A stretch of DNA of 54,989 nucleotides from a virus. A model generated the notes under the pieces. That model did no database searches and was not told the DNA's origin. It saw nothing but the letters and a program-made list of their open reading frames with translations. The stretch covers positions 1-54,989 of the IMG/VR virus record IMGVR_UViG_3300049989_000072; one strand, given 5' to 3'. This document shows, one piece after another, positions 8,532-17,695 of this stretch. Numbering within the stretch: position 1 is the stretch's first letter; each line of letters starts with the position of its first letter. The translations under genes were made by a program, and so were the position numbers.

Positions 8532-8918
8532 ATGCCGAAGTTCACAGGAGTTGTTGGCTACGGCCAGAGCGTACAGACCGATCCAGGAGTGTATGAGGAC
8601 CAGATCGTCGAGCGAAAGCTCTCTGGCGACGTTCTCAAGAATTCCCGGAAGATGCAGGACGGGACAGGCCCCATCAATGGGGATCTCACGCCCAGCAATT
8701 CGATCAGTCTTGTCGCCGATGCGTACGCGCGAGAGAACTTCTGGCGAATTCGGTATATTTCGTGGGCGGGGACGCTCTGGACGGTGACAGATGTGACCGT
8801 GGAGCGTCCCCGCCTCATCCTGAGGCTAGGAAAGGTGTACAATGGACCTCGACCTGCTGATACAGGCGAAGAGGGAACGCTGGCTGGAGCTTCAAGCTCT
8901 ACTGACGGCGATTCCTGA
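8532..8918 (+). CDS. head-tail joining / head-closure-like protein (tentative)
   Basis: 128-aa ORF directly after the capsid gene, with AAGGGGTG upstream. The C-terminal 'WRIRYISWAGTLWTVTDVTVERPRLILRLG' resembles head-closure proteins. Confidence 0.35.
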   Translation: MPKFTGVVGYGQSVQTDPGVYEDQIVERKLSGDVLKNSRKMQDGTGPINGDLTPSNSISLVADAYARENFWRIRYISWAGTLWTVTDVTVERPRLILRLGKVYNGPRPADTGEEGTLAGASSSTDGDS

Positions 8919-9177
8919 CGTCACAGAGGCATATTTCCAGCAGCCTAACAACGTGGACATGCGGTATCCCTGCATTGTCTTCGCAGCGGACGTTGTGGCT
9001 ACCCAGCATGCGTCCAACCGGCCATATTTTCGACAGCAGCGGTATCTGGTGACCATCATGGACACTCGACCGAACACACCTATCGAGCAGTATGTGGCAG
9101 AAATGCCCACGGCCAAGTTCAACAGACGATTCACAGCGGATAAACTGCACCACGTTGTGTACACTCTCTTCTTCTAA
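8842..9177 (+). CDS. neck / tail-completion-like protein (tentative)
   Basis: 111-aa ORF between the head-closure-like and tail-tube genes. 'RYPCIVF..' is reminiscent of tail-completion (DUF3168-like) proteins. Confidence 0.3.
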   Translation: MDLDLLIQAKRERWLELQALLTAIPDVTEAYFQQPNNVDMRYPCIVFAADVVATQHASNRPYFRQQRYLVTIMDTRPNTPIEQYVAEMPTAKFNRRFTADKLHHVVYTLFF

Positions 9178-9192
9178 GGAGCAACAAGACTC

Positions 9193-9948
9193 ATGAGCAA
9201 GATCAAGTGGGATCAGGTAGGCGAGCGCAAGTTCGAGAACGGCGTCGACCACGGCGTCCTCTACCTTCCCGACGAGACGGGTGTCTACGACACCGGCTTC
9301 GCATGGAACGGTCTCGTGTCGGTCACGGAGAAGCCCTCGGGCGCCGAGCCGACCCCCGTCTACGCGGACAACATCAAGTACATCACGCTGATCTCCGCCG
9401 AGGAGTACGCAGCGTCGATCGAGGCCATCACCTACCCCGACGAGTTCATGCTCTGCGACGGTACGGCTGAGGTTTCGGTGGGCGTCTACGCCGGTCAGCA
9501 GGCTCGTCGAGCGTTCGGTCTCTCGTACCGCACGAAGATCGGCGATGACCTGAGCCCGGAGCGTGGGTACAAGATCCACCTCATCTACGGCGCGCTCGCA
9601 GCGCCCACGGAGAAGGCCCACACGACCATCAACGACTCGCCCGAGGCCGCCACGTTCACGTGGGAGCTCTCGACGACGCCGGTGGAGATCGAGGGCTTCA
9701 AGCCCACGGCCTCGCTGGTCATCGACTCGACCAAGGTCGACGCGGCGAAGCTGAAGACGCTCGAGGACCTGCTGTACGGCACGGCTTCCTCCGAGCCCTC
9801 GCTCCCCACGCCCGATGAGGTCGTGGCGATCTTCGGCGCAGCCCCCGCAGGTGCTCAGACGATGGGGACCCAGTCGTTCTCCAACTCGGAGGACAACTCG
9901 ACGGACTTCGAGGTCCAGTCGGGCGGCGACGCCGACAACGCGTTCTAA
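9193..9948 (+). CDS. major tail (tube) protein, copy 1
   Basis: AAGGAGCAAC lies upstream. N-terminus 'KWDQVGERKFENGVDHGVLYLPDETG..FAWNGLVSVTEKP' is a tail-tube-type opening as I recall it. The position before the chaperone and tape measure fits. Confidence 0.55.
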   Translation: MSKIKWDQVGERKFENGVDHGVLYLPDETGVYDTGFAWNGLVSVTEKPSGAEPTPVYADNIKYITLISAEEYAASIEAITYPDEFMLCDGTAEVSVGVYAGQQARRAFGLSYRTKIGDDLSPERGYKIHLIYGALAAPTEKAHTTINDSPEAATFTWELSTTPVEIEGFKPTASLVIDSTKVDAAKLKTLEDLLYGTASSEPSLPTPDEVVAIFGAAPAGAQTMGTQSFSNSEDNSTDFEVQSGGDADNAF

Positions 9949-9973
9949 TCTAGAACGGAAAGGAGAACAGGGA

Positions 9974-10528
9974 GTGCTAACACTCACCATTCGCGATCAG
10001 GAACACTTCGACGACGAAACAAACAAGTTTGTCGAAGGACCGACCATCGTGACGCTCGAACTCGAGCACTCCCTGTTCTCCCTCAAGACGTGGGAATCAA
10101 AATGGAAGAAGCCATTCCTCTCGTCTGACAAAACTTCTGAGGAAACCGTTGACTACGTCAAGATCATGACGCTCAACGACGTTCCTGAGACTGCCTTTGG
10201 GCGTCTCACCCAAGAACATTACAACCAGGTCGCGGAGTACATCAACGATCCTCACACCGCAACCTGGTTCAGCGAGACTCCTGGCGGCCGCTCCGGCCCC
10301 CAAAAGGAGATCATCACTGCGGAGATCATCTACTACTGGATTATTTCCCTCAACATCGACTTCGAGACCCAGTATTGGAATCTCAGTCAACTTCTAGCGC
10401 TCGTTCGCGTTTGCAACGAGAAGAACACGCCGGAAAAGAAGAAGCGAAAGATGAGCATGTCCGATCTGGCAGCTCAACGCCGTGCTCTCAACGAAAAGCG
10501 AAGACGAGACATGGGAACCAAGGGTTAG
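9974..10528 (+). CDS. tail assembly chaperone-like protein
   Basis: GTG follows GGAAAGGAGAAC. 'LEHSLFSLKTWESKWKKPFL' matches a motif I recall from chaperone-position genes of Gram-positive phages, and the tail is basic. Confidence 0.4.
   Translation: MLTLTIRDQEHFDDETNKFVEGPTIVTLELEHSLFSLKTWESKWKKPFLSSDKTSEETVDYVKIMTLNDVPETAFGRLTQEHYNQVAEYINDPHTATWFSETPGGRSGPQKEIITAEIIYYWIISLNIDFETQYWNLSQLLALVRVCNEKNTPEKKKRKMSMSDLAAQRRALNEKRRRDMGTKG
10097..10107 (+). repeat. TCAAAATGGAA 11-mer, copy 6
   Basis: Exact 11-mer inside the chaperone-like gene (encodes ESKWK); the ATG is out of frame. Confidence 0.9.
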
Positions 10529-10536
10529 GAGGTGTC

Positions 10537-11337
10537 ATGGCAACCGTAGAGTGGAATAAAATTCCTGATCGAACCTTCCAATACGGCGTTGATCGTGGCG
10601 TCCTCTATGTCGAAGGCTCTCCTGGGGTTCCTTGGAACGGTCTTCTCCGGGTTGACGAGAAGACCGAAGGCGCTCAGCTTCGTCCGGTCTTCATGGAAGG
10701 TCGATTGATCGATCAGGTTAGCTATCCGGGAAACTTCTCAGGTGCAATTTCGGCTATCACCTACCCCGACGAGTTCGAGCTTTGCGATGGATACGCTGTC
10801 TCTGCCGACGGCCTCATGCTGAGTCATCAGCCTCGCAAGAAGTTCTCTCTCACCTACCGGACAAAGGTAGCAAACCCTCTGACCCAAGAGCTCGCTAACC
10901 GAATTCACCTCATTTTTGGTGCTCGGATTGCCCCAACAGATCGATCGAACGCTTCTGTGGGTACAAACGTCAACCCCCTAGCGTTTAGCTGGCCCGTATC
11001 GGCCGTTCCTGCTATATTCACGGATCGTCGTCCCACGGCTCATGTAATTGTGGACTCTCGACTGGTGGATCCCTCGGCATTCAGCATGCTCGAGGATATT
11101 CTCTACGGAACCGACACCACAAACCCTCGATTTCCCACCCCCGCCGAGATTACGTCGCTGATGAAGCTTCGTGGCCTTGTCTTTGCGCTGGGATCTTCCG
11201 GTACGAGCGCTATCATCAAGCTTGGTCAGCCGGCCGAACTTGTCGGCGACCCCCTTGTTGGTGTTTATCGTACGACAGAGAATTCTCCTCTGGTTGCCGT
11301 TCCGGGCAGACCTGACATCTATCGATTGGAGCTGTAA
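10537..11337 (+). CDS. tail-tube paralog (copy 2)
   Basis: ATG follows AGGAGGTGTC. 'EWNKIPDRTFQYGVDRGVLYVEGSPGVPWNGLLRVDEK', 'AITYPDEFELCDG', 'FSLTYRTK' and 'EDILYGT...PTPAEI' are collinear with the 9193 protein. Confidence 0.5.
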   Translation: MATVEWNKIPDRTFQYGVDRGVLYVEGSPGVPWNGLLRVDEKTEGAQLRPVFMEGRLIDQVSYPGNFSGAISAITYPDEFELCDGYAVSADGLMLSHQPRKKFSLTYRTKVANPLTQELANRIHLIFGARIAPTDRSNASVGTNVNPLAFSWPVSAVPAIFTDRRPTAHVIVDSRLVDPSAFSMLEDILYGTDTTNPRFPTPAEITSLMKLRGLVFALGSSGTSAIIKLGQPAELVGDPLVGVYRTTENSPLVAVPGRPDIYRLEL

Positions 11338-11909
11338 TGGCATTCTTCGACGTTCCAGCTCTTGATGGTAGCGGTCGACTTCCCGTCAACGTTCGAACGG
11401 CCAACGCCGCCACGGACGAATTCCGAATGCAGGACTCTCTGCTACCGGTTGTCACCACTCTTCCGACGGCAAGCGCCGAAAAGATCCGTGGTCGACAGGT
11501 TCTTCTCAATAGCGACAACACGGTCTACGTTTCGGACGGCACCAACTGGCGACCGATTGGCGCAACCAGCGAGATCGGATGGGGTCAGCTAGGTAGCGTT
11601 GGCCCCAACTTCTACATGGACGGCGCAAGTACAATCTACGCCTTCCGCAACGGTCGCGCGATCGACTTCCGGTTCCGATTCGGACGAACGAGCGGCTCTC
11701 TCGTTGCCGGAGACAACCTGTACCAGATGGCGGCAATGTACGTCCCGTTTGGTAACGGTGACACGGTTCTCAACGCAGTTCAGAGGGCGGGAACGGGCAC
11801 ACCAACCCCGATTGCTTGCTACCTCACCGGATCAGGGACAATCTTCCTTGGTACCCCGGCGTCTACCATGAACCAGGTCCATGTTCAGGGACGTTTCTAC
11901 CTCCCGTAA
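11337..11909 (+). CDS. fiber-tip-like small structural protein (tentative)
   Basis: 190 aa. 'VLLNSDNTVYVSDGTNWRPIG' resembles tail-fibre distal motifs, and the gene sits inside the tail module. Confidence 0.3.
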   Translation: MAFFDVPALDGSGRLPVNVRTANAATDEFRMQDSLLPVVTTLPTASAEKIRGRQVLLNSDNTVYVSDGTNWRPIGATSEIGWGQLGSVGPNFYMDGASTIYAFRNGRAIDFRFRFGRTSGSLVAGDNLYQMAAMYVPFGNGDTVLNAVQRAGTGTPTPIACYLTGSGTIFLGTPASTMNQVHVQGRFYLP

Positions 11910-11920
11910 TCAAAATGGAA
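11910..11920 (+). repeat. TCAAAATGGAA 11-mer, copy 7
   Basis: Exact 11-mer immediately after stop TAA 11907-11909, 7 nt before GTG 11928. Confidence 0.9.
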
Positions 11921-11927
11921 GTGATCA

Positions 11928-12305
11928 GTGATTCGAATTCGCTCTAGGGGCTCTTTTCGAAACACCGAAAAGTTCCTTGATAAGATGGATCGCCGTGAGA
12001 TCTTCCAGGCTCTGGAAGCATACGGCAGAGAAGGCGTTGCAGCCCTCGAACTTTACACTCCTATGGACTCCGGCATCACCGCGGCTTCTTGGGACTTTGT
12101 AATCGAGGAAACGAACGACACCTACTCCATCACATGGACTAACAGCAATGTCGTCGCGGGAATGCCCCTCGTTATCATGCTTCAGTATGGTCACGGTACG
12201 GGAACCGGCGGTTGGGTTCGAGGTAGAGACTTCATCAACCCCGCAATTCAACCAGTGTTTGACAAGATCGCCGACGAGGTGTGGAAGGAGGTGGTGAACG
12301 CATGA
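11928..12305 (+). CDS. HK97 gp10-like head-tail component
   Basis: 125 aa. '..LELYTPMDSGITAASWDF..' fits the gp10-family pattern (aPvdTG.L). GTG start lies 8 nt after a TCAAAATGGAA copy. Confidence 0.45.
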   Translation: MIRIRSRGSFRNTEKFLDKMDRREIFQALEAYGREGVAALELYTPMDSGITAASWDFVIEETNDTYSITWTNSNVVAGMPLVIMLQYGHGTGTGGWVRGRDFINPAIQPVFDKIADEVWKEVVNA

Positions 12306-15300
12306 GCAGTATTGACGAGCGCGTCGTCGAAATGCAGTTCAACAATGGACAGTTCCAAGATGGAATTCGAGATACCATTGGCGCGCTGGATCAGCTAAAG
12401 ACCAGCTTGAATTTCGCTGGCGTGGAGAACACGCTTGATGACATTTCAAGCAAGATCTCGATCGTCGGTGCAATTGCGTTCACCGCCGTTCAGAATCTCA
12501 CCAATTCGGCTATCGGGTTGGGCGGACAGCTACTCAACTCCGTTCTCGACCCACTCATCGAGGGTGGTCAGCGTCGAGCACTGTCCATCGAGCAGGCAAA
12601 GTTCCAGTTCCGAGGCCTTGGTCTGGACGTCGAGGCCACCATGGCCAGTGCTCGCGAGGCTGTTCTTGGTACGGCGTTCGGTCTCGACGCAGCCGCCTCA
12701 GCCGCAGCACAGTTTGCGGCCTCTGGCATGCGTGCCGGCCCAGAGATGACATCTGCGCTTCGTGCTATCTCCGGCGTTGCTGCTCAGACGGGCAGCTCGT
12801 ACGAGGATATTTCTCGAATCTTCATCGGTGTGTCGGGTAATGCTCGACTCATGGGTAATGACCTTCTTTCGCTGTCTTCTCGAGGAATCAATGCTGCGGC
12901 AACGCTTGCGCAGTCCATGGGTATCAGCGAAGCGGAAGTTCGTCAACTTGTCACCAAGGGAAAGATCTCCTTCGAGGAGTTCTATCAGGCAATGGACGTT
13001 GCGTTCGGAGAGAACGCCACAAAGGCTTCCGAAACGTTCACGGGCTCCCTTGCAAACATGCGTGCGGCACTGTCTCGAATCGGCGCGTCCTTCGCGACGG
13101 TAGACTTTGAGAATCAGCGCAACGTCTTCAACGCCCTTACGCCGATCATCGACAAGATCGGTGCGGCACTCGTTCCCGTCATTGCTCTCTACCAGGAGCT
13201 TTCGGGAATTGGTAACGCCAACCTTGTCTCCTTCATCTCGGGACTCGATCTTGAGTTCGTAGCCCCAATGATGCTCGACATCGTTGCAGCTCTGCGTCAT
13301 ATTTATGGCCTGGCGATGCAAGTCAAGGATGCGCTCGTCGGTGCCTTCTCGGACATCTTCCCAAGCGACGGAATGTCCATCGGCGATCAGATTCGAGACA
13401 TTGTCTGGAATATCTGGGCGTTTATCGACACTCTTCGCCTTGGTGATGCTGAAATTGCAAAGATTCGCACTGGCTTTGCCGGGTTCTTTGCGGTTCTTGA
13501 CATCGGTCGCATGTTTGTCATGGAGCTTCTCGGCCTTCTTGGCCGGCTGTTCGGTGAAATCATGCCCGAGGGTGAAGGAACCTTCCTTGATACGGTTGAG
13601 AGCATCGGTGAGTTCCTCATCGGTCTTCGAGATACCATCAAGGAAAGCGGTGCCTTCGAAACTGCCTTCAATGCTATTGGCGATGTCCTCGTTAAGATCA
13701 TCGACATCTTCCAGCGAGCTCGAGACGCTGTTCTTGATATTCGCGATCGCATTGCCGACTTCCTCGGGACGATCGGCGGCGCGGCAGGAGATGTAGCGGC
13801 AGATCCAGGCGGCGTTGGCGGTTGGGTCGACAACCTTCGGGAGCGAATCCAGGGCCTTGCAAACCTCGGCGACATCATTGCCCTCGTTTGGGATGGAATT
13901 GTCGCTGGTGCGATGACCGCATGGAACGTCATTGCGCCTGTGATGTTCGCAATCGGCGGGTTCTTTGCCGACATGGGCGCAAACATTGCAGATGCTCTTC
14001 AGCGGACCGACTTCAACGCCATTCTCGACACGCTCAATCTGGGTCTTCTGACCTCGATCGTAGTGATGCTTCGGAACTTCCTCAACCCCCCGTTGGATGA
14101 TAACAACGGCGGACTGATGGGGCAGGTTCAGGAAGTCTTGGGCGGTTTGCAGGAGTCCCTCTCTGCGTTGACCGCATCCATCAAGGTCGGAACCCTTCTT
14201 CTGATCGCAGCTGCTGTGGGAATTCTTGCTGCTTCGGCAGTGGCTCTCGCAACGGTCGATTCCGAGGCTCTTCTGGTCTCTCTGTCGGCAATGACCATCA
14301 TGTTCGGGCAGCTGCTCGGATTCATGGCGGTCTTTGACGCGATCAGTGGCAGCACCGGCTTCCTGAAGATGGGGATGGTCGCAGCATCCTTCATCGTGCT
14401 CGGCATCGCACTCCGAATCCTTGTGTCGTCGGTCATTGCCCTGTCTTCTCTCTCGTGGGAGGAGCTCGGTAAGGGTCTTTCGGCAGTGACTGTCCTCATG
14501 GGCATCATGATCGGGGTCAGTCGAACGATGGGTGGCAGCATTGTCGGCCTTCAGGGCACGGCAGTCGCCATGATCCTGCTCGCAGTCGCGCTCAAGATCC
14601 TCGCAAGTGCTCTCGGCGACTTCGTCCAGTACAACTGGGAGGAGCTTGGTCGAGGCATGGCTGCAATCGCAGTCGGCATGGGCATTCTGGTCGCTACGTC
14701 GCAGCTCATGAAGGGTAGCTTCGTCGGTCTCACGCAGACGGCGCTCGCTATGATCCTCATGGGCGTTGCTCTGAAGATATTTGCTAGCGCCCTTGGCGAT
14801 TTCACTCAGTTCAGCTGGGAGGAGCTCGGTCGAGGCATGGCAGCCATCGCGGTTGGCATGGGTATCCTCGTCGCAACGTCGCAGCTGATGAAGGGCAGCT
14901 TCGTTGGTCTCACGCAGACCGCGATTGCTATGATCCTCATGGGTGTTGCCCTGAAGATCCTCGCTAGCGCCGTTCTCGACTTCGCTTCCATGAGCTGGGA
15001 TCAGCTGACGCAGGGCTTCATCGGCCTTGTTGGCACGCTTCTCGGTCTTGCGGTGGCGATGCAGGCCATGCCGGACAACCTCCCTCTCCTCGCTCTTGGT
15101 CTTCTCGGGATTTCGGTCGCGCTGAACATCATGGCCGCGGCGATGGCGACGCTTGGAGGCATGTCCCCCGAGCAGATGATGATCGCAATCATCGGACTCG
15201 GCGCAACGCTGGGTCTCCTGGTGCTTGCAGTCAACGCTCTGTCTGCAACCGCAACTGGAATCGTGGCCATCATGGCCATCTCCGGCGCCCTTCTTGTTCT

Positions 15301-16834
15301 GGCAATCGCTATGAACATGCTGGGGAGCATGTCGATCGAGCAGATCCTGACGGGCCTTGCGGCTCTGGCAGGCGTGCTGCTTCTTCTCGGCATTGCTGGC
15401 TACGTTCTCACCCCGACCATCCCCACTCTCCTCGGGCTTGGAGCCGCCGTGCTCCTGCTTGGTGTGGGTGTGGCACTCGCGGGCGTGGGCGTTGGTCTTC
15501 TCGCTGTTGGTCTCACCGCCCTTGGCGTTGCTCTCGCGAGCGTCACCGTGGGTGTGGTCACCTTCATCGCCGGCATCATCGGTCTCATCCCAATGCTCTT
15601 CGAGCAGATCGGGTATGGCATCGTTGCTCTGGCGGTGGTTCTCGGCGAGAACATGCCACTGCTGGTCGAAGCAATCGTCACACTGGCCCTCGGACTGATC
15701 GAGGCTCTTGGGATCATCGTCCCCGAGCTGATTATTCTGCTTGGCGAGATCGTGATCGCGCTTCTCGACATGCTCGCAACCCTGCTCCCACAGGTGATTG
15801 AGCTGCTCGTGAGTCTGATTCTTCAGCTCATCGCAGCGCTTACCGAGATCATCCCCGACATCATCAATCTCGCAGTGCAGATCATTCTGGCCCTTCTCGA
15901 GGGTATCCAGACGACCTTCCCTGTGCTGATCGAAACGATGCTCGTTCTGATCATGACGCTTGTGGAAGCAATCGTCACGCTGGTCCCGTTCCTCGTGGAC
16001 GCGGGCTACCGTCTGATCACCGGGGTCATCAACGGTATTGCCAACAACATTGGCGGTATCATCAATGCGGGTACCAACCTTATCGTCAACTTCCTTGAGG
16101 GTATTGGTGCAGCTATCCCGCGGCTTATTCAGGCAGCAGCCGACCTCATCGTCGACTTCCTCCAGGGTATTGCTGATGGTATCCGCAACAACACCTCCCG
16201 CATCCAGGCAGCTGGTCGGGATATTGCTTCGGCAATCATCGAGGGTGTCGTTGGTGGTATCACCGGGGGCGTCGGGCAGGTCATCACGGCCGCGCAGAAC
16301 ATGGCTTCGAGTGCACTCAACGCCGCAATGGACTTCCTTGACATCAACTCCCCGTCGAGAAAGTTCCGTGACCAGGTGGGTAAGCCCATGACCGAGGGTG
16401 TTGCCGTCGGTATCCTTGCCCTCATCGGTCTCGTCACCTCTGCGTCGGAGAGAGTCGGTTCTGCCGCCATCTCTTCTCTGCAGAGCTCCCTGTCCAACAT
16501 GAACGACGTCGTCCCCGACAACATCGACATGACGCCTACGATTCGTCCTGTGCTCGACCTGAGTGCTGTGCAGTCCGAGGCCTCTCGCATCGATGACATG
16601 ATGGCCGCAAACGCTCTGATTGCTTCCGCGAACCTCGATAGTGCTACGGCAATTTCTGAGGAACAGGAGGCGATTCGATCGCAGCGGGATTATGAGACGG
16701 GTCCGACCGTGGTCAACAACACCCACACGTTCAACCAAACCAACAACTCTCCGAAGGCCCTGCCTGCGGGTGAAATCTACCGGAGCACCCGGAACCTTCT
16801 ATCCGCAACCAAGGCCGACATCGCGAAGGGTTAG
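12302..16834 (+). CDS. tape measure protein
   Basis: 1510 aa. The N-terminal core is TP901-type (..GMRAGPEMTSALRAISGVAAQTGSSYEDISRIF..NARLMGNDLLSLSSRGINAA..). There is a long Ala/Gly/Leu-rich helical body with 3 x 60-aa tandem repeats. Confidence 0.85.
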   Translation: MSSIDERVVEMQFNNGQFQDGIRDTIGALDQLKTSLNFAGVENTLDDISSKISIVGAIAFTAVQNLTNSAIGLGGQLLNSVLDPLIEGGQRRALSIEQAKFQFRGLGLDVEATMASAREAVLGTAFGLDAAASAAAQFAASGMRAGPEMTSALRAISGVAAQTGSSYEDISRIFIGVSGNARLMGNDLLSLSSRGINAAATLAQSMGISEAEVRQLVTKGKISFEEFYQAMDVAFGENATKASETFTGSLANMRAALSRIGASFATVDFENQRNVFNALTPIIDKIGAALVPVIALYQELSGIGNANLVSFISGLDLEFVAPMMLDIVAALRHIYGLAMQVKDALVGAFSDIFPSDGMSIGDQIRDIVWNIWAFIDTLRLGDAEIAKIRTGFAGFFAVLDIGRMFVMELLGLLGRLFGEIMPEGEGTFLDTVESIGEFLIGLRDTIKESGAFETAFNAIGDVLVKIIDIFQRARDAVLDIRDRIADFLGTIGGAAGDVAADPGGVGGWVDNLRERIQGLANLGDIIALVWDGIVAGAMTAWNVIAPVMFAIGGFFADMGANIADALQRTDFNAILDTLNLGLLTSIVVMLRNFLNPPLDDNNGGLMGQVQEVLGGLQESLSALTASIKVGTLLLIAAAVGILAASAVALATVDSEALLVSLSAMTIMFGQLLGFMAVFDAISGSTGFLKMGMVAASFIVLGIALRILVSSVIALSSLSWEELGKGLSAVTVLMGIMIGVSRTMGGSIVGLQGTAVAMILLAVALKILASALGDFVQYNWEELGRGMAAIAVGMGILVATSQLMKGSFVGLTQTALAMILMGVALKIFASALGDFTQFSWEELGRGMAAIAVGMGILVATSQLMKGSFVGLTQTAIAMILMGVALKILASAVLDFASMSWDQLTQGFIGLVGTLLGLAVAMQAMPDNLPLLALGLLGISVALNIMAAAMATLGGMSPEQMMIAIIGLGATLGLLVLAVNALSATATGIVAIMAISGALLVLAIAMNMLGSMSIEQILTGLAALAGVLLLLGIAGYVLTPTIPTLLGLGAAVLLLGVGVALAGVGVGLLAVGLTALGVALASVTVGVVTFIAGIIGLIPMLFEQIGYGIVALAVVLGENMPLLVEAIVTLALGLIEALGIIVPELIILLGEIVIALLDMLATLLPQVIELLVSLILQLIAALTEIIPDIINLAVQIILALLEGIQTTFPVLIETMLVLIMTLVEAIVTLVPFLVDAGYRLITGVINGIANNIGGIINAGTNLIVNFLEGIGAAIPRLIQAAADLIVDFLQGIADGIRNNTSRIQAAGRDIASAIIEGVVGGITGGVGQVITAAQNMASSALNAAMDFLDINSPSRKFRDQVGKPMTEGVAVGILALIGLVTSASERVGSAAISSLQSSLSNMNDVVPDNIDMTPTIRPVLDLSAVQSEASRIDDMMAANALIASANLDSATAISEEQEAIRSQRDYETGPTVVNNTHTFNQTNNSPKALPAGEIYRSTRNLLSATKADIAKG
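14456..14995 (+). repeat. 3 x 180-bp tandem repeat inside the tape measure gene
   Basis: Units start at TGGGAGGAGCT at 14456, 14636 and 14816, with a degenerate fourth at 14996. Each encodes WEELG(R/K)G(M/L)(A/S)A(I/V)..GMGI.....Q/R.MKGS.VGL..TA.AMIL..VALKI.ASALGDF.Q(Y/F)(N/S). Confidence 0.85.
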
Positions 16835-16838
16835 CACG

Positions 16839-17693
16839 ATGCTGAATGAGTTGACCAGCCTTCGGGCACGAGTTCGCAGCTCGTACAACAACCAAATCCG
16901 TCATTCGATCGACGTGGGGTTCATCACACCGAACATTCGTTTGGTGAACATCGATGGACTCGCCGCCGTGAAGACGGACGTTCGAATGGTCGACTCCGGC
17001 ACGGACGCCGGTGGACTGTATATTTCGTCTCGGGACCCCGAGCGAAACATCGTCCTGACCGTGGAGTTTGATCCAGACCATTCCAGTCCGGAAAACTCCA
17101 CGGTCACCGGTCTCCGGCAAAAGCTTTCAAAGATTTTTGCTCCCCAGAATCGCGTGGAACTTCTGTTCTACCACGAGTACTTTAATGAAGTGATGTTCAT
17201 TGTGGGTACGGTGGAATCGAACGACCCCACGCTGTTCTCCGAGGAGACCCAGACCACCATTTCAATTCTGTGTGAGTACCCATATTTCCAGTCGCCGTAC
17301 GGCGAAGACCCCGCGTTCTTCAATCTTGCAAATACCTTGAGCCCTCAGATGGTTCCGTATGACCAGGATGTCAACGTGGGCTTCGTCTACAGCTTCGACG
17401 TCACTGCAGACACGACTGTCTCTCTCGGAATCACGGGAATCACCACAGGGACCGATCTCATTGTCGGTGGTCAGCATCTTGCTGGCGATCGCATTGAAAT
17501 TTCAACCGGATACGGCAATCGATACGTTCGACGAACAAGAAGTAGTGCCACGCAGACGCTTCTTGGTCGATTTGTCGGCAACCTCCAAGACACCAAGCTG
17601 TTTAGCAACGACGACAACTGGTTCCAGATCATCACGCCTGGGTTCACGGCCAATCACAGGATTGCATGGCGTCGTGAAAGGGGAAGTGTGTAA
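16839..17693 (+). CDS. distal tail protein (Dit-like)
   Basis: 284-aa ORF immediately after the tape measure. Called on position and size only. Confidence 0.45.
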   Translation: MLNELTSLRARVRSSYNNQIRHSIDVGFITPNIRLVNIDGLAAVKTDVRMVDSGTDAGGLYISSRDPERNIVLTVEFDPDHSSPENSTVTGLRQKLSKIFAPQNRVELLFYHEYFNEVMFIVGTVESNDPTLFSEETQTTISILCEYPYFQSPYGEDPAFFNLANTLSPQMVPYDQDVNVGFVYSFDVTADTTVSLGITGITTGTDLIVGGQHLAGDRIEISTGYGNRYVRRTRSSATQTLLGRFVGNLQDTKLFSNDDNWFQIITPGFTANHRIAWRRERGSV

Positions 17694-17695
17694 GG

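Noticed and set aside
10375-10536. The upstream open extension of the 10537 gene, overlapping the chaperone-like gene, as a possible programmed-frameshift (G/GT-type) product.
   Set aside because: The downstream gene has its own strong AGGAGG SD plus ATG and is a tail-tube paralog, not a chaperone extension. I saw no slippery heptamer. The open extension is ordinary for GC-rich sequence.
12698-16738. A very long minus-strand ORF (1346 aa). Similar ones are at 6451..8442, 32648..34579, 48708..50204, 8899..9990 and 26960..28051.
   Set aside because: They exactly shadow well-supported + strand genes (tape measure, capsid, polymerase, RNAP-like). They have low-complexity Arg/Asp/Gly/His-rich translations typical of antisense frames in GC-rich DNA, and they lack SD sequences. 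No minus-strand gene is supported anywhere in the window.
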